This document shows, piece by piece, positions 11,365-19,803 of a stretch of DNA of 64,000 nucleotides; position 1 is the stretch's first letter; every line of letters starts with the position of its first letter. Below the pieces are notes generated by a model that saw only the letters and a list, made by a program, of their open reading frames with translations, did no database searches and had not been told where the DNA came from. The stretch spans positions 609,378 to 673,377 of the forward strand of contig CAVXIV010000023.1 in NCBI GenBank assembly GCA_963761805.1, written 5' to 3'. Both the position numbers and the translations under genes were made by a program. The stretch comes from an uncultured Acidobacteriota bacterium. GTDB taxonomy: Bacteria; Acidobacteriota; Thermoanaerobaculia; Multivoradales; UBA5704.

Positions 11365-11979
11365 TTACAGCGCCACTCCGGGCGCCTCTTCCGTGGCCGA
11401 GCCCATGCGGCAGAGCTCGTCCAGCACCTCGGCGAAGAGGTCGAACAGCCTCTTCAGGCGCTGCACGTCGTTGATGTCGCCGTGGATCTGCAGCCAGAGC
11501 TCGTCCACCCCTTCGGGGAACTGCTTCGCGAAGCTCCCCTCGTCGTCCTTCAGCTCGAACAGGACGTCCGGCTGCTCCTGGAGCAGGCGGAGGATCTCCT
11601 GGTTGGCGAACAGCCTCCGGACCTTGTGCTCGTCGTTGCCCTGGAGGATGAAGTCGTCGTCGAAGCGGGCGGAGCTGCCGGCTTCGATGTCCTGCATCCC
11701 CAGCATCTTCCCCAGGCCGCTGAAGACGCTCTTGCGGTAGGCCCGGAAACGGAAGCCGTCGCGGCTGACGAAGGGCGCCCGCAGGCGGGTGTAGACGATG
11801 ACCGCCTTGCCGGCGTGCACGACGTAGCGGTCGAGGGTGACGGTCCAGTTCTTGACCCGCGCCTGGACCTTGTCGCCCTTCCAGAAACCGCCGTCCACGA
11901 AGTCGGCGCCGATCTCGCTACAGAGCTGGCGCCAGATTTCCTCGCGGCTGGGGCCGAAGAGGTCTCGCAGCAGTCCCAT
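11365..11979 (-). CDS. hypothetical protein (~204 aa)
   Basis: Internal ATG (MGLLRDLFGPS) with a ggaggag RBS 5 nt upstream. Coding-like composition. No catalytic motif recognised. Confidence 0.6.
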   Translation of the reverse strand: MGLLRDLFGPSREEIWRQLCSEIGADFVDGGFWKGDKVQARVKNWTVTLDRYVVHAGKAVIVYTRLRAPFVSRDGFRFRAYRKSVFSGLGKMLGMQDIEAGSSARFDDDFILQGNDEHKVRRLFANQEILRLLQEQPDVLFELKDDEGSFAKQFPEGVDELWLQIHGDINDVQRLKRLFDLFAEVLDELCRMGSATEEAPGVAL

Positions 11980-12141
11980 GTCGTTCTCCTCCGGGGCCGG
12001 TCGGCGCACATTAGAGCACGGATCGGCCCTGACAATTCTTCGCCAGGCGCCCTGAGAATTTTTGCTAGTCCGCGGTCCTGTCAAGGCCCTGGCGGATCGC
12101 GGCGCTACTTACAAAGGCCCCGATTTCTCGATAGATATTTT

Positions 12142-12903
12142 TCAATTCTCTTTTCCGCCCACGTCGAAGACCTCGCCGCGCCGGGCCCAACGGACGGGCA
12201 GGCCCCCCGCGGACTCGCGGGCCTCGCGCAGGGAGACCTCCGGGTCGAAGGTGGGCCAGAAGTGGGTCAGGGCCAACTCCCGCGCGCCGGCGCGCAGGGC
12301 CGTCTCCGCGGCCTGGCGGGCGGTGAGGTGGACGGGAGCGCCCACCTTGCCGTCCTGATAGGTCGCCTCGCAGAGGAAGAGGTCGCTCCCCTCGGCGAAG
12401 GGGGCGAGATCCACCCCGGGGCCGGTGTCCGCCGAGTAGGTGAGGGCGCGCCCCCCCGCCTCGGCGCGGATCGCCAGCGTGTGCGCGGGGTGGTCGGTGC
12501 GCCGGAAGCTCAGGCGGACGCCGGCGATCTCCACCGTCTGTCCGTCGTCCACCGTGTGGAAGTCGAAAGCCTCGCCGAGCTGCTCCCAGCCTCCTTCCAT
12601 CAGCAGGGGCGCCAGGATCTCCCGCGTCCCGGGCGGGCAGTAGAGCGGCAGCCGGAATCCTCCTCCCACGCCGTAGCGGATGGCTACATATAAAGGATAG
12701 ACGTCGGCGCAGTGGTCCGCATGGACGTGGCTGAGGACCAGGGCGTCGATCTTCGTGAAGTCCGCCGCCCGCTGGAGCTCGGCGAAGGTGCCGTTGCCGG
12801 CGTCGAGCCAGAGCTTCGCGCCGCCGTGCTCGAGGAGGAATCCGCTGCTGGGGTTGTCCGGAACGGGGTAGCCGCCGGAGCTGCCGAGGACTCGTAGACG
12901 CAT
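12142..12903 (-). CDS. MBL-fold metallo-hydrolase
   Basis: HxHxDH motif (LSHVHADHCAD) and N-terminal LRVLGSSGGYP typical of the metallo-beta-lactamase / RNase Z-like fold. Confidence 0.85.
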   Translation of the reverse strand: MRLRVLGSSGGYPVPDNPSSGFLLEHGGAKLWLDAGNGTFAELQRAADFTKIDALVLSHVHADHCADVYPLYVAIRYGVGGGFRLPLYCPPGTREILAPLLMEGGWEQLGEAFDFHTVDDGQTVEIAGVRLSFRRTDHPAHTLAIRAEAGGRALTYSADTGPGVDLAPFAEGSDLFLCEATYQDGKVGAPVHLTARQAAETALRAGARELALTHFWPTFDPEVSLREARESAGGLPVRWARRGEVFDVGGKEN

Positions 12904-13048
12904 CGACTCACCTCCCGGACGGAGGATATCGCGGAACTCTTTACAAAGCCGTGCGTACCTCTCTCAGAGGCGCGGCGCTGGCATCCCGGATGCACTTCCG
13001 TCTGTGCAACGGCAAGTCGTCAGCTCCGCCGGCACCAGGAGGTCTTCG

Positions 13049-14470
13049 ATGCAAGACGAAGGAGCGCGTCACGCGATCGTGGTGGGGGGCAGTATCGGAG
13101 GGATGCTCGCCGCTCGGGCGCTTGCCGATCATTTCGATCAGATCACCGTCCTCGACCGGGACCGGCTGCCGGAAGGGTGCGAGAACCGCCCCGGCGTCCC
13201 GCAGGCCCGGCATCTCCACTTCTTCCTCAAGCGCGGCCTAATGATCGTCGAGGAGCTCTTCCCCGGCGTCAAGGCCGACCTGCTCGCCGCCGGCAGCGTG
13301 CTGCTCGACCAGGGCGAGGACTTCCGGATCCTCTACCGCTCGGGGTGGTCGCCCCGGGTGGCCTGCGACCTGGAGATCTGCGCGTTCACGCGGCCCTTGC
13401 TGGAGTCGACCCTCCGGCGCCATCTCCTGCGCGACCCGAAGATCCACTTGACCGACGGCGTCGAGGTGACGGGGCTGGTGATGGACGAGGCCGGCTCCCG
13501 GGTGGAGGGCGTACGGATGCGGCCGCGCCGCCGCGAGGGGACCGCGGCCGGCGAGGAGACCGTGCTCCGGGCCGACCTGGTGGTGGACGTGAGCGGCCGC
13601 GGCTCCAGGGCGCCGGAATGGCTGCGGGAGCTGGGCTACCCCGCTCCGAAGGAGACCGTGGTGGACGCCTTCTGGGGCTACGCCACCCGGATCTACGAGC
13701 CGGTGCCGGGCTTCTCGGCGGATTGGAAGAGCCTGTTCATCCTCAACCGCCCGCCCCACCAGCCGCGGGCCGGCATCATCCAGCCCATCGAGGGGAACCG
13801 CTGGATCGTCACCGTGGCGGGCGTGATGAAGGACTACCCGCCCACGGACGACCAGGGCTTCCTCAAGTTCGCCAAGAGCCTCTCCTCGCCGGAGTTGTAC
13901 CGGGCCATCGCGAACGCGCGCCCGATGACCCGGGTGTGGGGCTACCGCCAGACCGAGAACCGGCTGCGCGAGTACGCGGCGATGCCCGCGGGCTTCGTGA
14001 CCCTGGGCGACGCGGTCTGCTCGTTCAACCCGGTCTACGCGCTGGGGATGACGGTGACCTGCCTGGCGGCGCTGGAGTTGCGCGACGGGTTGCGCGACGG
14101 CGAGGGCCGCCTGGACAGCCGCGCCTTCCAGAAGCGGATCTCGAAGCTGGTGGCCGCGCCCTGGGCCCTGACCACCGGCGAGGACATGCGCTGGCCGATG
14201 ACCCAGGGCGGCGAGAAGACTCCCAAGGTGCGCTTCATGCACTGGTACCTGGAGCAGGTCATCCAGTTGATCCCCAAGAGCGAGGAGGTCTTCCGCCGCT
14301 TCCAGGAGGTCAACCACATGCTGAAGCCGCCGACGGCGCTGTTCCACCCCGCGATCTTGGGACGGGCGCTGCGGCAGGCGCTGGGGCTCTACAACCCGAA
14401 GCCGCTGCCGAAGCCGGAGGCGTCGCGGACGCCGAGGACCGCGGCGGCCGCCGTAGCGGTCCGCCACTGA
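13049..14470 (+). CDS. FAD-dependent oxidoreductase/monooxygenase
   Basis: ATG at 13049 after an aggagg RBS. Dinucleotide-binding GxGxxG (AIVVGGSIGGMLAA). 473-aa uninterrupted frame. Confidence 0.8.
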   Translation: MQDEGARHAIVVGGSIGGMLAARALADHFDQITVLDRDRLPEGCENRPGVPQARHLHFFLKRGLMIVEELFPGVKADLLAAGSVLLDQGEDFRILYRSGWSPRVACDLEICAFTRPLLESTLRRHLLRDPKIHLTDGVEVTGLVMDEAGSRVEGVRMRPRRREGTAAGEETVLRADLVVDVSGRGSRAPEWLRELGYPAPKETVVDAFWGYATRIYEPVPGFSADWKSLFILNRPPHQPRAGIIQPIEGNRWIVTVAGVMKDYPPTDDQGFLKFAKSLSSPELYRAIANARPMTRVWGYRQTENRLREYAAMPAGFVTLGDAVCSFNPVYALGMTVTCLAALELRDGLRDGEGRLDSRAFQKRISKLVAAPWALTTGEDMRWPMTQGGEKTPKVRFMHWYLEQVIQLIPKSEEVFRRFQEVNHMLKPPTALFHPAILGRALRQALGLYNPKPLPKPEASRTPRTAAAAVAVRH

Positions 14471-14487
14471 TTCAGGGAGTTTTCAAA

Positions 14488-14524
14488 GGGGCGCCGGCCG
14501 GAGGAGGGGCCGTGCCGGCGCCCC
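14488..14524 (+). terminator. GC-rich hairpin downstream of the FAD oxidoreductase gene
   Basis: ggggcgccggc ... gccggcgcccc is a perfect 11-bp stem, 18 nt after the stop. No U-tract on the plus strand. Confidence 0.35.
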
Positions 14525-14652
14525 GCCTCCCGTAGAACCTCTTTAGTCCTTGCCTCCCAATTTCCGCAAGCTGGTTCTATGTCTCGCTTTTTGGCATGGG
14601 CTACACTCCCGATTCGGGAGTAGAAGCAAACGTTGTAAATCCCAGACGAAAA

Positions 14653-14706
14653 GCAGCCCCGGCGGCAGGTCGGAGTAGGGTACTGCCACCGGGGCTTTTC
14701 TTTTCG
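14653..14706 (+). terminator. intrinsic terminator-like hairpin with U-tract, not attached to an obvious gene
   Basis: gcagccccggcggcag - loop - ctgccaccggggct followed by tttcttttc. An A-rich run (cgaaaag) precedes the stem, so it could act bidirectionally. Confidence 0.5.
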
Positions 14707-14866
14707 TCGAGGCGGAAAGGGGATCTCGATCCTAACCGCTCAACCCGCAAGGAGGACTGCTCAGATGCCGGCTACTCAGAACAACCCTCTAGCTCACGGT
14801 ACGGATCGGCTGGAAGAAATGGATGTGCCCGGCCTCATCCCCAGAGAGTCACTCCAGAGTGTCCCG

Positions 14867-15063
14867 CTTTTGGAACACGCAGGCACTCTCAACGTAGACG
14901 CAGCTGTATAGGTCGTCACCGGCTTGTAAGTTGGACCAGCCAGGCAAAGGACTTCCCCGCCCCAGGTCAGGCCAGGACCTGAAGACGGGGTCTTCACCGG
15001 CGCCCGGCTGAGCGCAGAAGTCAACACGCTGGAAAAGAACGCTCAACCGCCAGGGAGGAAAGT
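14867..15063 (+). promoter_or_regulatory. conserved upstream leader, copy A, of the haloperoxidase-like paralogs
   Basis: Aligns with 17881-18042: gtcccg..tggaaca..cactct..agacgNagctgtatag..hairpin..aaaacgctcaaNcg..cagggaggaaagNatg. Copy A carries a ~37-nt insertion. Confidence 0.4.
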
Positions 15064-16842
15064 ATGTCGAAGCCAGAGAACGACGTTCTCAATGTAGCTA
15101 CGGACGCCGCCGCGACGGCAGATGTATCCGGACTGAGCCGCCGCAAGTTCCTCGGCGGCTTGGGCGGCGCCGCGGCGGCCACGATGGCCGCAGGTGTCGT
15201 GGGCGGTGTCGCCCTCGAGCCGCTGATGGACGCGGCGGCCACGGCCGAGGCGGCCCCTGGAGGGCCCTCCGTCGCGAACCACCGGAGCCAGCGCGCCTGG
15301 CAGATCCGCAAGGACATGGCGGACTACTGGAAGGGCCAGAGCCCCGTGACCCACCTGACCAACGGCGACGAGGCCCGCTACCCGAGCAGGATCGGGAACT
15401 GGTCCAAGGGCATGCCGCACAACCAGTTCGGCGAGGTGGACCCGGCCGCGTACAACAGCTTCCTGAAGGCCATCGATTCCGGCAAGCCGGAGGACTACGA
15501 TGCCATCATTCTCGGATCCCCGGGAAAAAAGCTGACGAACCCGCAATCCGGCCTCGCCTTCGACATGCAGGGCATTGATTGCCAGGCCGCGACCGTGCCG
15601 CCGCCGCCGGCCCTGGCCAGCCGGGAGCAGGCCAGCGAGATCATCGAGCACTACTGGCAGGCCCTGCTGCGCGACACGAACTTCCTCGACTATGGTTCCT
15701 CGGCGGATGCGACGGCGGCCTGCGCCGACCTGAACGCCTTCGGCGCCGACTTCAAGGGCGTCAGGATCGGTGGTGTGGTCACGCCTCAGACCCTGTTCCG
15801 CGACATCGGCCCCGGCATGACCGTCGGACCCTACATCTCCCAGTTCATGTGGTTGAACACGCCCTACGGCGCCGAGCAGATCGACCGCAGGACGTGGACC
15901 CTGGCTCCCGGCTCCGATCACCTGCAGACCTTCGACGACTACCTGGCGTCGCAGCACGGGCTGGTGCCCCAGCCGGCGCAGTTCCTCGGTCTGCGGCGTT
16001 ACATCATCAATGGCCGCGACCTCGCCGAGTGGGTGCACATCGACGTCCTCTACCAGGCCTACTTCAATGCCATGCTGATCATGGCGACCCCGCCGGACAA
16101 TTCCGATAATGGCGGCGGCCTGGGCGTGGGGCTCAATCCCGGCAACCCGTACATCGGCAATCCGACGCAGGCCCCCTTCACCACGTTCGGTCCCCCGGGC
16201 ATCGCGACGCTCCTCACCGAGGTCTCATCGCGCTGCCTCAAGGCCACCTGGCACAAGAAGTTTCAGATCCACCGGCGGCTCCGTCCCGAACATCACGCCG
16301 GACGCATCGAGGTGCACCTCAACCAGTCGCCGGGCCGCTACAACGGCGCCCTGCACCCGGACACCTTCAACGCCACCGCGCTCGACCGCATCGAGACCCA
16401 TAACGGCGGCAGCTACCTGCTGCCGATCGCCTTCCCGGAGGGCTGCCCGACGCATCCCTCCTACACCGCCGGCCATGCCACGGTGGCGGGCGCCTGCGTC
16501 ACGCTGCTGAAGGCGATGTTCGACACCGAGAATCACATCATCCAGAACCCGGTGGTTCCGACCCCTGACGGCTCGGCCCTGGTGCCGTACGTCGGCCCGG
16601 CGCTGACGGTCGAGGGCGAGCTCAACAAGGTGGCCTCCAACGTCGCCACCGGCCGCAATATCGCGGGAATGCATTGGCGGTCCGACGCCTGGGCATCCAT
16701 GCGTCTCGGCCAGAAGGTGGCGATCAGCCTCCTGCAAGAGCAGACGAAGATCCACAACGAGCCCGACCCCTTCTACACGTTCCGCGGCTTCGACGGCGAG
16801 CGGATCGTGGTCAGGAACGGCGGCGTGACGATCACCCCGTAG
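15064..16842 (+). CDS. Tat-exported vanadium-dependent haloperoxidase / PAP2-superfamily protein
   Basis: Twin-arginine signal (SRRKFLGGLGGAAAATMAAG). PAP2/VHPO motifs: KKFQIHRRLRPE (Kx6RP), HPSYTAGHAT (PSGH-like), GRNIAGMHWRSD (R..H..D). Confidence 0.8.
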   Translation: MSKPENDVLNVATDAAATADVSGLSRRKFLGGLGGAAAATMAAGVVGGVALEPLMDAAATAEAAPGGPSVANHRSQRAWQIRKDMADYWKGQSPVTHLTNGDEARYPSRIGNWSKGMPHNQFGEVDPAAYNSFLKAIDSGKPEDYDAIILGSPGKKLTNPQSGLAFDMQGIDCQAATVPPPPALASREQASEIIEHYWQALLRDTNFLDYGSSADATAACADLNAFGADFKGVRIGGVVTPQTLFRDIGPGMTVGPYISQFMWLNTPYGAEQIDRRTWTLAPGSDHLQTFDDYLASQHGLVPQPAQFLGLRRYIINGRDLAEWVHIDVLYQAYFNAMLIMATPPDNSDNGGGLGVGLNPGNPYIGNPTQAPFTTFGPPGIATLLTEVSSRCLKATWHKKFQIHRRLRPEHHAGRIEVHLNQSPGRYNGALHPDTFNATALDRIETHNGGSYLLPIAFPEGCPTHPSYTAGHATVAGACVTLLKAMFDTENHIIQNPVVPTPDGSALVPYVGPALTVEGELNKVASNVATGRNIAGMHWRSDAWASMRLGQKVAISLLQEQTKIHNEPDPFYTFRGFDGERIVVRNGGVTITP

Positions 16843-16860
16843 GCTCTACCGCGTCATTCC

Positions 16861-16894
16861 CACGGGCCGTCCGGAGCGATCCGGACGGCCCGTG
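16861..16894 (+). terminator. hairpin terminator candidate
   Basis: cacgggccgtccgg-agcga-tccggacggcccgtg, 18 nt after the stop at 16842. Weak U-tract. Confidence 0.5.
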
Positions 16895-16978
16895 TCGTCA
16901 TCCCCTCTCTCCGCGCGCGGTTGACGGATCTCTCGCTCTGCGCTATGTAGCGCCGCAACGGAGGAGACCCATCCGATC

Positions 16979-17842
16979 ATGACCACTCCTGGCCGCAATG
17001 ACCCGTGCCCCTGTGGGAGCGGGAAAAAATACAAGCAATGCTGCCTGCGGGGAGGCCAAGGCTCGATACCCATCCTGGGCGGCCCCTCCATCACGCCGGC
17101 AAGCCCGCAGCCGGTCCGCCCGATGGAGAACACCCTGTATCAGCTTTACCTGAAGGAGGAGCCTGCGTTCCGTTGGTTTGCGGACCTGGACGCGGAGTCG
17201 TTGCGCCGTCTTCTGATTTACACCTGGTACACCATGCTATGGAACCCCGTCAACTTCGATGCGTCGCTGCAGAAATTCTACGGCCACGCCATCGACGGAC
17301 CGAACGCGGCGCGCTTCATCCAGACGCTGGAACGGCGGCACGCCTACTGTGAAACGTACGCATGGGCCATCCCCAACCAGGAGGCGATCGACACCCTGGT
17401 CAAGCACTCCCCGCTGATCGAGATCGGAGCGGGCCGGGGGTACTGGGCCGCCCTCGCGGCCGCGCAGGGGGCCGACATCGTCGCCTTCGATCCCAGCCCT
17501 CCGGACAGGGACGGGATCAACAGTTGGCATCGTCAACCCGGAATGTTTTTCGATGTCGCGAGGGCCGATCTCGAGATCGTCGGCAGGCATCCAGACCGGA
17601 CCTTGTTCTTGTGCTGGCCGCCCTTCAACTCGGACGCCGCACTGAGGACCCTGCGGAGCTACAAGGGAAAAACCGTCATCTATGTGGGTGACGAGGGCCG
17701 CGACGCCGGCACGCCGCAGTTTTGCGCTGAGCTGGCGAAATACTTCACCCGCATTCAAGTTGTAGAGATCCCAAGATGGCCGGGGATCAACGACCGTCTG
17801 GAAGTCTGGCGGCGGCTGGACGTCGCGTACCGCACGATCTAG
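16979..17842 (+). CDS. SEC-C motif protein with a Rossmann/methyltransferase-like C-terminal region
   Basis: N-terminal SEC-C metal-binding motif (NDPCPCGSGKKYKQCC). Later IEIGAGRGYWAALAAAQGADIVAFD resembles SAM-methyltransferase motif I. Lies between the two haloperoxidase paralogs. Confidence 0.7.
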   Translation: MTTPGRNDPCPCGSGKKYKQCCLRGGQGSIPILGGPSITPASPQPVRPMENTLYQLYLKEEPAFRWFADLDAESLRRLLIYTWYTMLWNPVNFDASLQKFYGHAIDGPNAARFIQTLERRHAYCETYAWAIPNQEAIDTLVKHSPLIEIGAGRGYWAALAAAQGADIVAFDPSPPDRDGINSWHRQPGMFFDVARADLEIVGRHPDRTLFLCWPPFNSDAALRTLRSYKGKTVIYVGDEGRDAGTPQFCAELAKYFTRIQVVEIPRWPGINDRLEVWRRLDVAYRTI

Positions 17843-17880
17843 CCTGTCCTCCGCTCAGCGTTCCATCTCGCCGGTTGAAT

Positions 17881-18042
17881 GTCCCGTTTATGGAACAGAA
17901 CCGCACTCTACGCTTAGACGTAGCTGTATAGATCGGGAATCCCCCGCTCTAGGTTGGCCAGAACCTAAGGCGGGTTTCGCGGGAGTCCCTCCGAGCGTAG
18001 GGCCAAGGAAGAGAAAACGCTCAATCGGTCAGGGAGGAAAGC
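17881..18042 (+). promoter_or_regulatory. conserved upstream leader, copy B, of the haloperoxidase-like paralogs
   Basis: See 14867-15063. Shares the tggaaca / agacgtagctgtatag block, the hairpin and the RBS context. Confidence 0.4.
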
Positions 18043-19650
18043 ATGTTTCTCACTGTTACTACGGATGCCGCCGCGACGGCAGATGTATCCGGGTTGAGCC
18101 ACCGCAAGCTCCTTGGCGGCCGGGGCGGCGCCGCCCCGGCCAGGCAGCTCCGCAAGGACGCGGCGGACTACTGGAAGGGCCAGGGGACCCTCCAGCACGC
18201 GGTCAACGGCGACGAGACTCGCTATGCCAACCGCATCGGCAACTACTCGAAGGGCCTGCCGCACAACAGCTTCGGCGAGGTTGCTCCAAACGCCTACCAG
18301 AGCTTGCTCGACGCCATCGGCTCGGGTGATCCGGCCGGTTGCGACGCCATCATCCTGGACGGCCCCAACAAGCTGACCAGTCCCCAGGGCGGCCTGGCGT
18401 TCGACCCCAAGGGGGCGGACTCTCAAGCCTTCGCGGTGCCCGCTCCGCCGCCGATCGCCAGCGCCGAGATGGCCAGCGAGGGTGTCGAGCACTACTGGAT
18501 GTCGCTGATTCGCGACGTCAACTTCCTCGACTACGGCAGCAACGCGGACGTGGCCGCGGCCTGCGCCGACCTCAACCAGTTCGGCGCCGATTTCAAGGGC
18601 CCCAAGGTGGGCGGCCAGGTGACGCCGCAGACCCTGTTCCGCGACGTCCTGCCCGGCTGCACGGTCGGCCCCTGCATCTCGCAGCTCATGTGGATGAACA
18701 CCCCGGTCGGCACGGAATACGTCGAGCGCCGCCAGCGCACGCTGCTGCCCGACACCAACCATCTGACCAACTACGGCAACTGGCTGGCGGCCCAGAACGG
18801 CTACTTCCCGGAGAACGCCGCCGCGGACTTCGATCCGGTCCGGCGCTACATCCGCAACGGCCGCGACCTCGCCCAGTGGGTCCACATCGACGTGCTGTTC
18901 CAGGCCTACTTCAACGCCTGCCTGATCCTCGGCACGCCGCCGGACTCCGAGCCGCTCTCCGGCGGCATCGGCGCGCCGTCGAACCCGGGAAACCCCTCTA
19001 TCGGCAACCCGGCGCAGACCGGCTTCACCACCTTCGGCCGGCCGCACTTCAAGGCCCTGCTGTGCGAAGTGGCCTCGCGCGCCCTCAAGGTGACCTGGCA
19101 CAAGAAATGGCAGGTCAGCCGGCGCCTGCGTCCCGAAAACTGGGGAGGCCTGGTGCACAACCAGATCGTGCACAACCGCTACCCCGGCGTCATCGACTCC
19201 CGGCAACTCAACTCGCCGGCGGTCGCCCGGACCTTCACCAAGTACGGCACCTACCTGCTGCCGCAGGTCTACCCGGAAGGCTGCTCGACGCATCCGTCCT
19301 ACACCGCGGGCCACGCGACCGTCGCCGGCGCCTGCGTGACGATCCTCAAGGCGCTGTTCGATGAGAGCTTCGTGATCCCGGACCCGGTCGTGCCGACGCC
19401 GGACGGCCTGTCGCTGGTGCCCTACACCGGCCCGGCGCTGACCGTGGGCGGCGAGCTCAACAAGCTGGCCTCCAACGTGGCCACCGGCCGCAACATCGCC
19501 GGCGTGCACTGGCGGTCGGACGCCATCGAGTCGATGCGGGTCGGCGAGGCGCTCGCCATCAGCATCCTCCGCGACCAGCGGAAGCTCTACAACGACAACT
19601 TCGGCGTCTTCACCTTCACCAAGTTCGACGGTACGTCAACTACCGTCTAA
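18043..19650 (+). CDS. vanadium-dependent haloperoxidase / PAP2-superfamily paralog lacking a functional Tat signal
   Basis: Collinear with 15064-16842 and keeps the same catalytic motifs (KKWQVSRRLRPE, HPSYTAGHAT, GRNIAGVHWRSD). The N-terminus reads SHRKLLGGRGGAAPARQLRKD, so the RR pair is lost and the h-region and cleavage region (roughly 40 aa) are deleted. Confidence 0.8.
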   Translation: MFLTVTTDAAATADVSGLSHRKLLGGRGGAAPARQLRKDAADYWKGQGTLQHAVNGDETRYANRIGNYSKGLPHNSFGEVAPNAYQSLLDAIGSGDPAGCDAIILDGPNKLTSPQGGLAFDPKGADSQAFAVPAPPPIASAEMASEGVEHYWMSLIRDVNFLDYGSNADVAAACADLNQFGADFKGPKVGGQVTPQTLFRDVLPGCTVGPCISQLMWMNTPVGTEYVERRQRTLLPDTNHLTNYGNWLAAQNGYFPENAAADFDPVRRYIRNGRDLAQWVHIDVLFQAYFNACLILGTPPDSEPLSGGIGAPSNPGNPSIGNPAQTGFTTFGRPHFKALLCEVASRALKVTWHKKWQVSRRLRPENWGGLVHNQIVHNRYPGVIDSRQLNSPAVARTFTKYGTYLLPQVYPEGCSTHPSYTAGHATVAGACVTILKALFDESFVIPDPVVPTPDGLSLVPYTGPALTVGGELNKLASNVATGRNIAGVHWRSDAIESMRVGEALAISILRDQRKLYNDNFGVFTFTKFDGTSTTV

Positions 19651-19675
19651 ACATAGCCGGTCCCCTACTCCAAAG

Positions 19676-19709
19676 AAGGCCGCCCGGAGCGTGTCCGGGC
19701 GGCCTTTTT
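19676..19709 (+). terminator. rho-independent terminator
   Basis: aaggccgcccgg-agcgtgt-ccgggcggcctt followed by ttttta, 26 nt after the stop at 19650. Confidence 0.8.
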
Positions 19710-19803
19710 AGTTTCCCCGGTTGACGTGCCCATCGGCGCTGCGCTATGTAGCTCCGGGATGTCGTACTTCCCTTGCCCACGCTTCAATCTCGGGAGAGAG
19801 CTC

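Noticed and set aside
10546-12693. 715-aa, 201-aa and 160-aa plus-strand ORFs running through the 20-bp repeat array
   Set aside because: A 20-bp period is incompatible with a coding repeat. The translations are repetitive nonsense (..YASQILSTRLSKGLRAREN..). The 715-aa ORF also runs antisense to two well-supported minus-strand genes.
12101-12950. TTACAAAG(G)CC motif on both sides of the MBL hydrolase gene (about 12111 and 12939)
   Set aside because: It is only a ~10-nt imperfect match in AT-richer promoter or terminator DNA. That is too short to separate from chance.
14871-14886. Sigma-54 promoter reading of TGGAACACGCAGGCAC (and TGGAACAGAACCGCAC at 17891)
   Set aside because: The GG to GC spacing is one nucleotide short of the strict -24/-12 geometry, and TGGAAC deviates from TGGCAC. 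No enhancer-binding protein gene is nearby.
14766-14912. 48-aa ORF (MPATQNNPLAHG..LNVDAAV*) with an aaggagg RBS upstream of the first haloperoxidase, whose 3' end is conserved upstream of the second paralog (possible precursor peptide)
   Set aside because: The duplication boundary cuts through the ORF, and copy B lacks the start and the RBS. The differences between copies are mostly non-synonymous or multi-nucleotide. The conservation therefore reflects duplicated DNA or a regulatory element, not a selected peptide.
14960-14985. SRP (4.5S) RNA-like caggtcaggccaggacctgaag
   Set aside because: It lacks the conserved GGAA tetraloop / AGCA symmetric-loop arrangement. The same hairpin recurs in the paralogous leader at 17941, so it is a locus-specific element.
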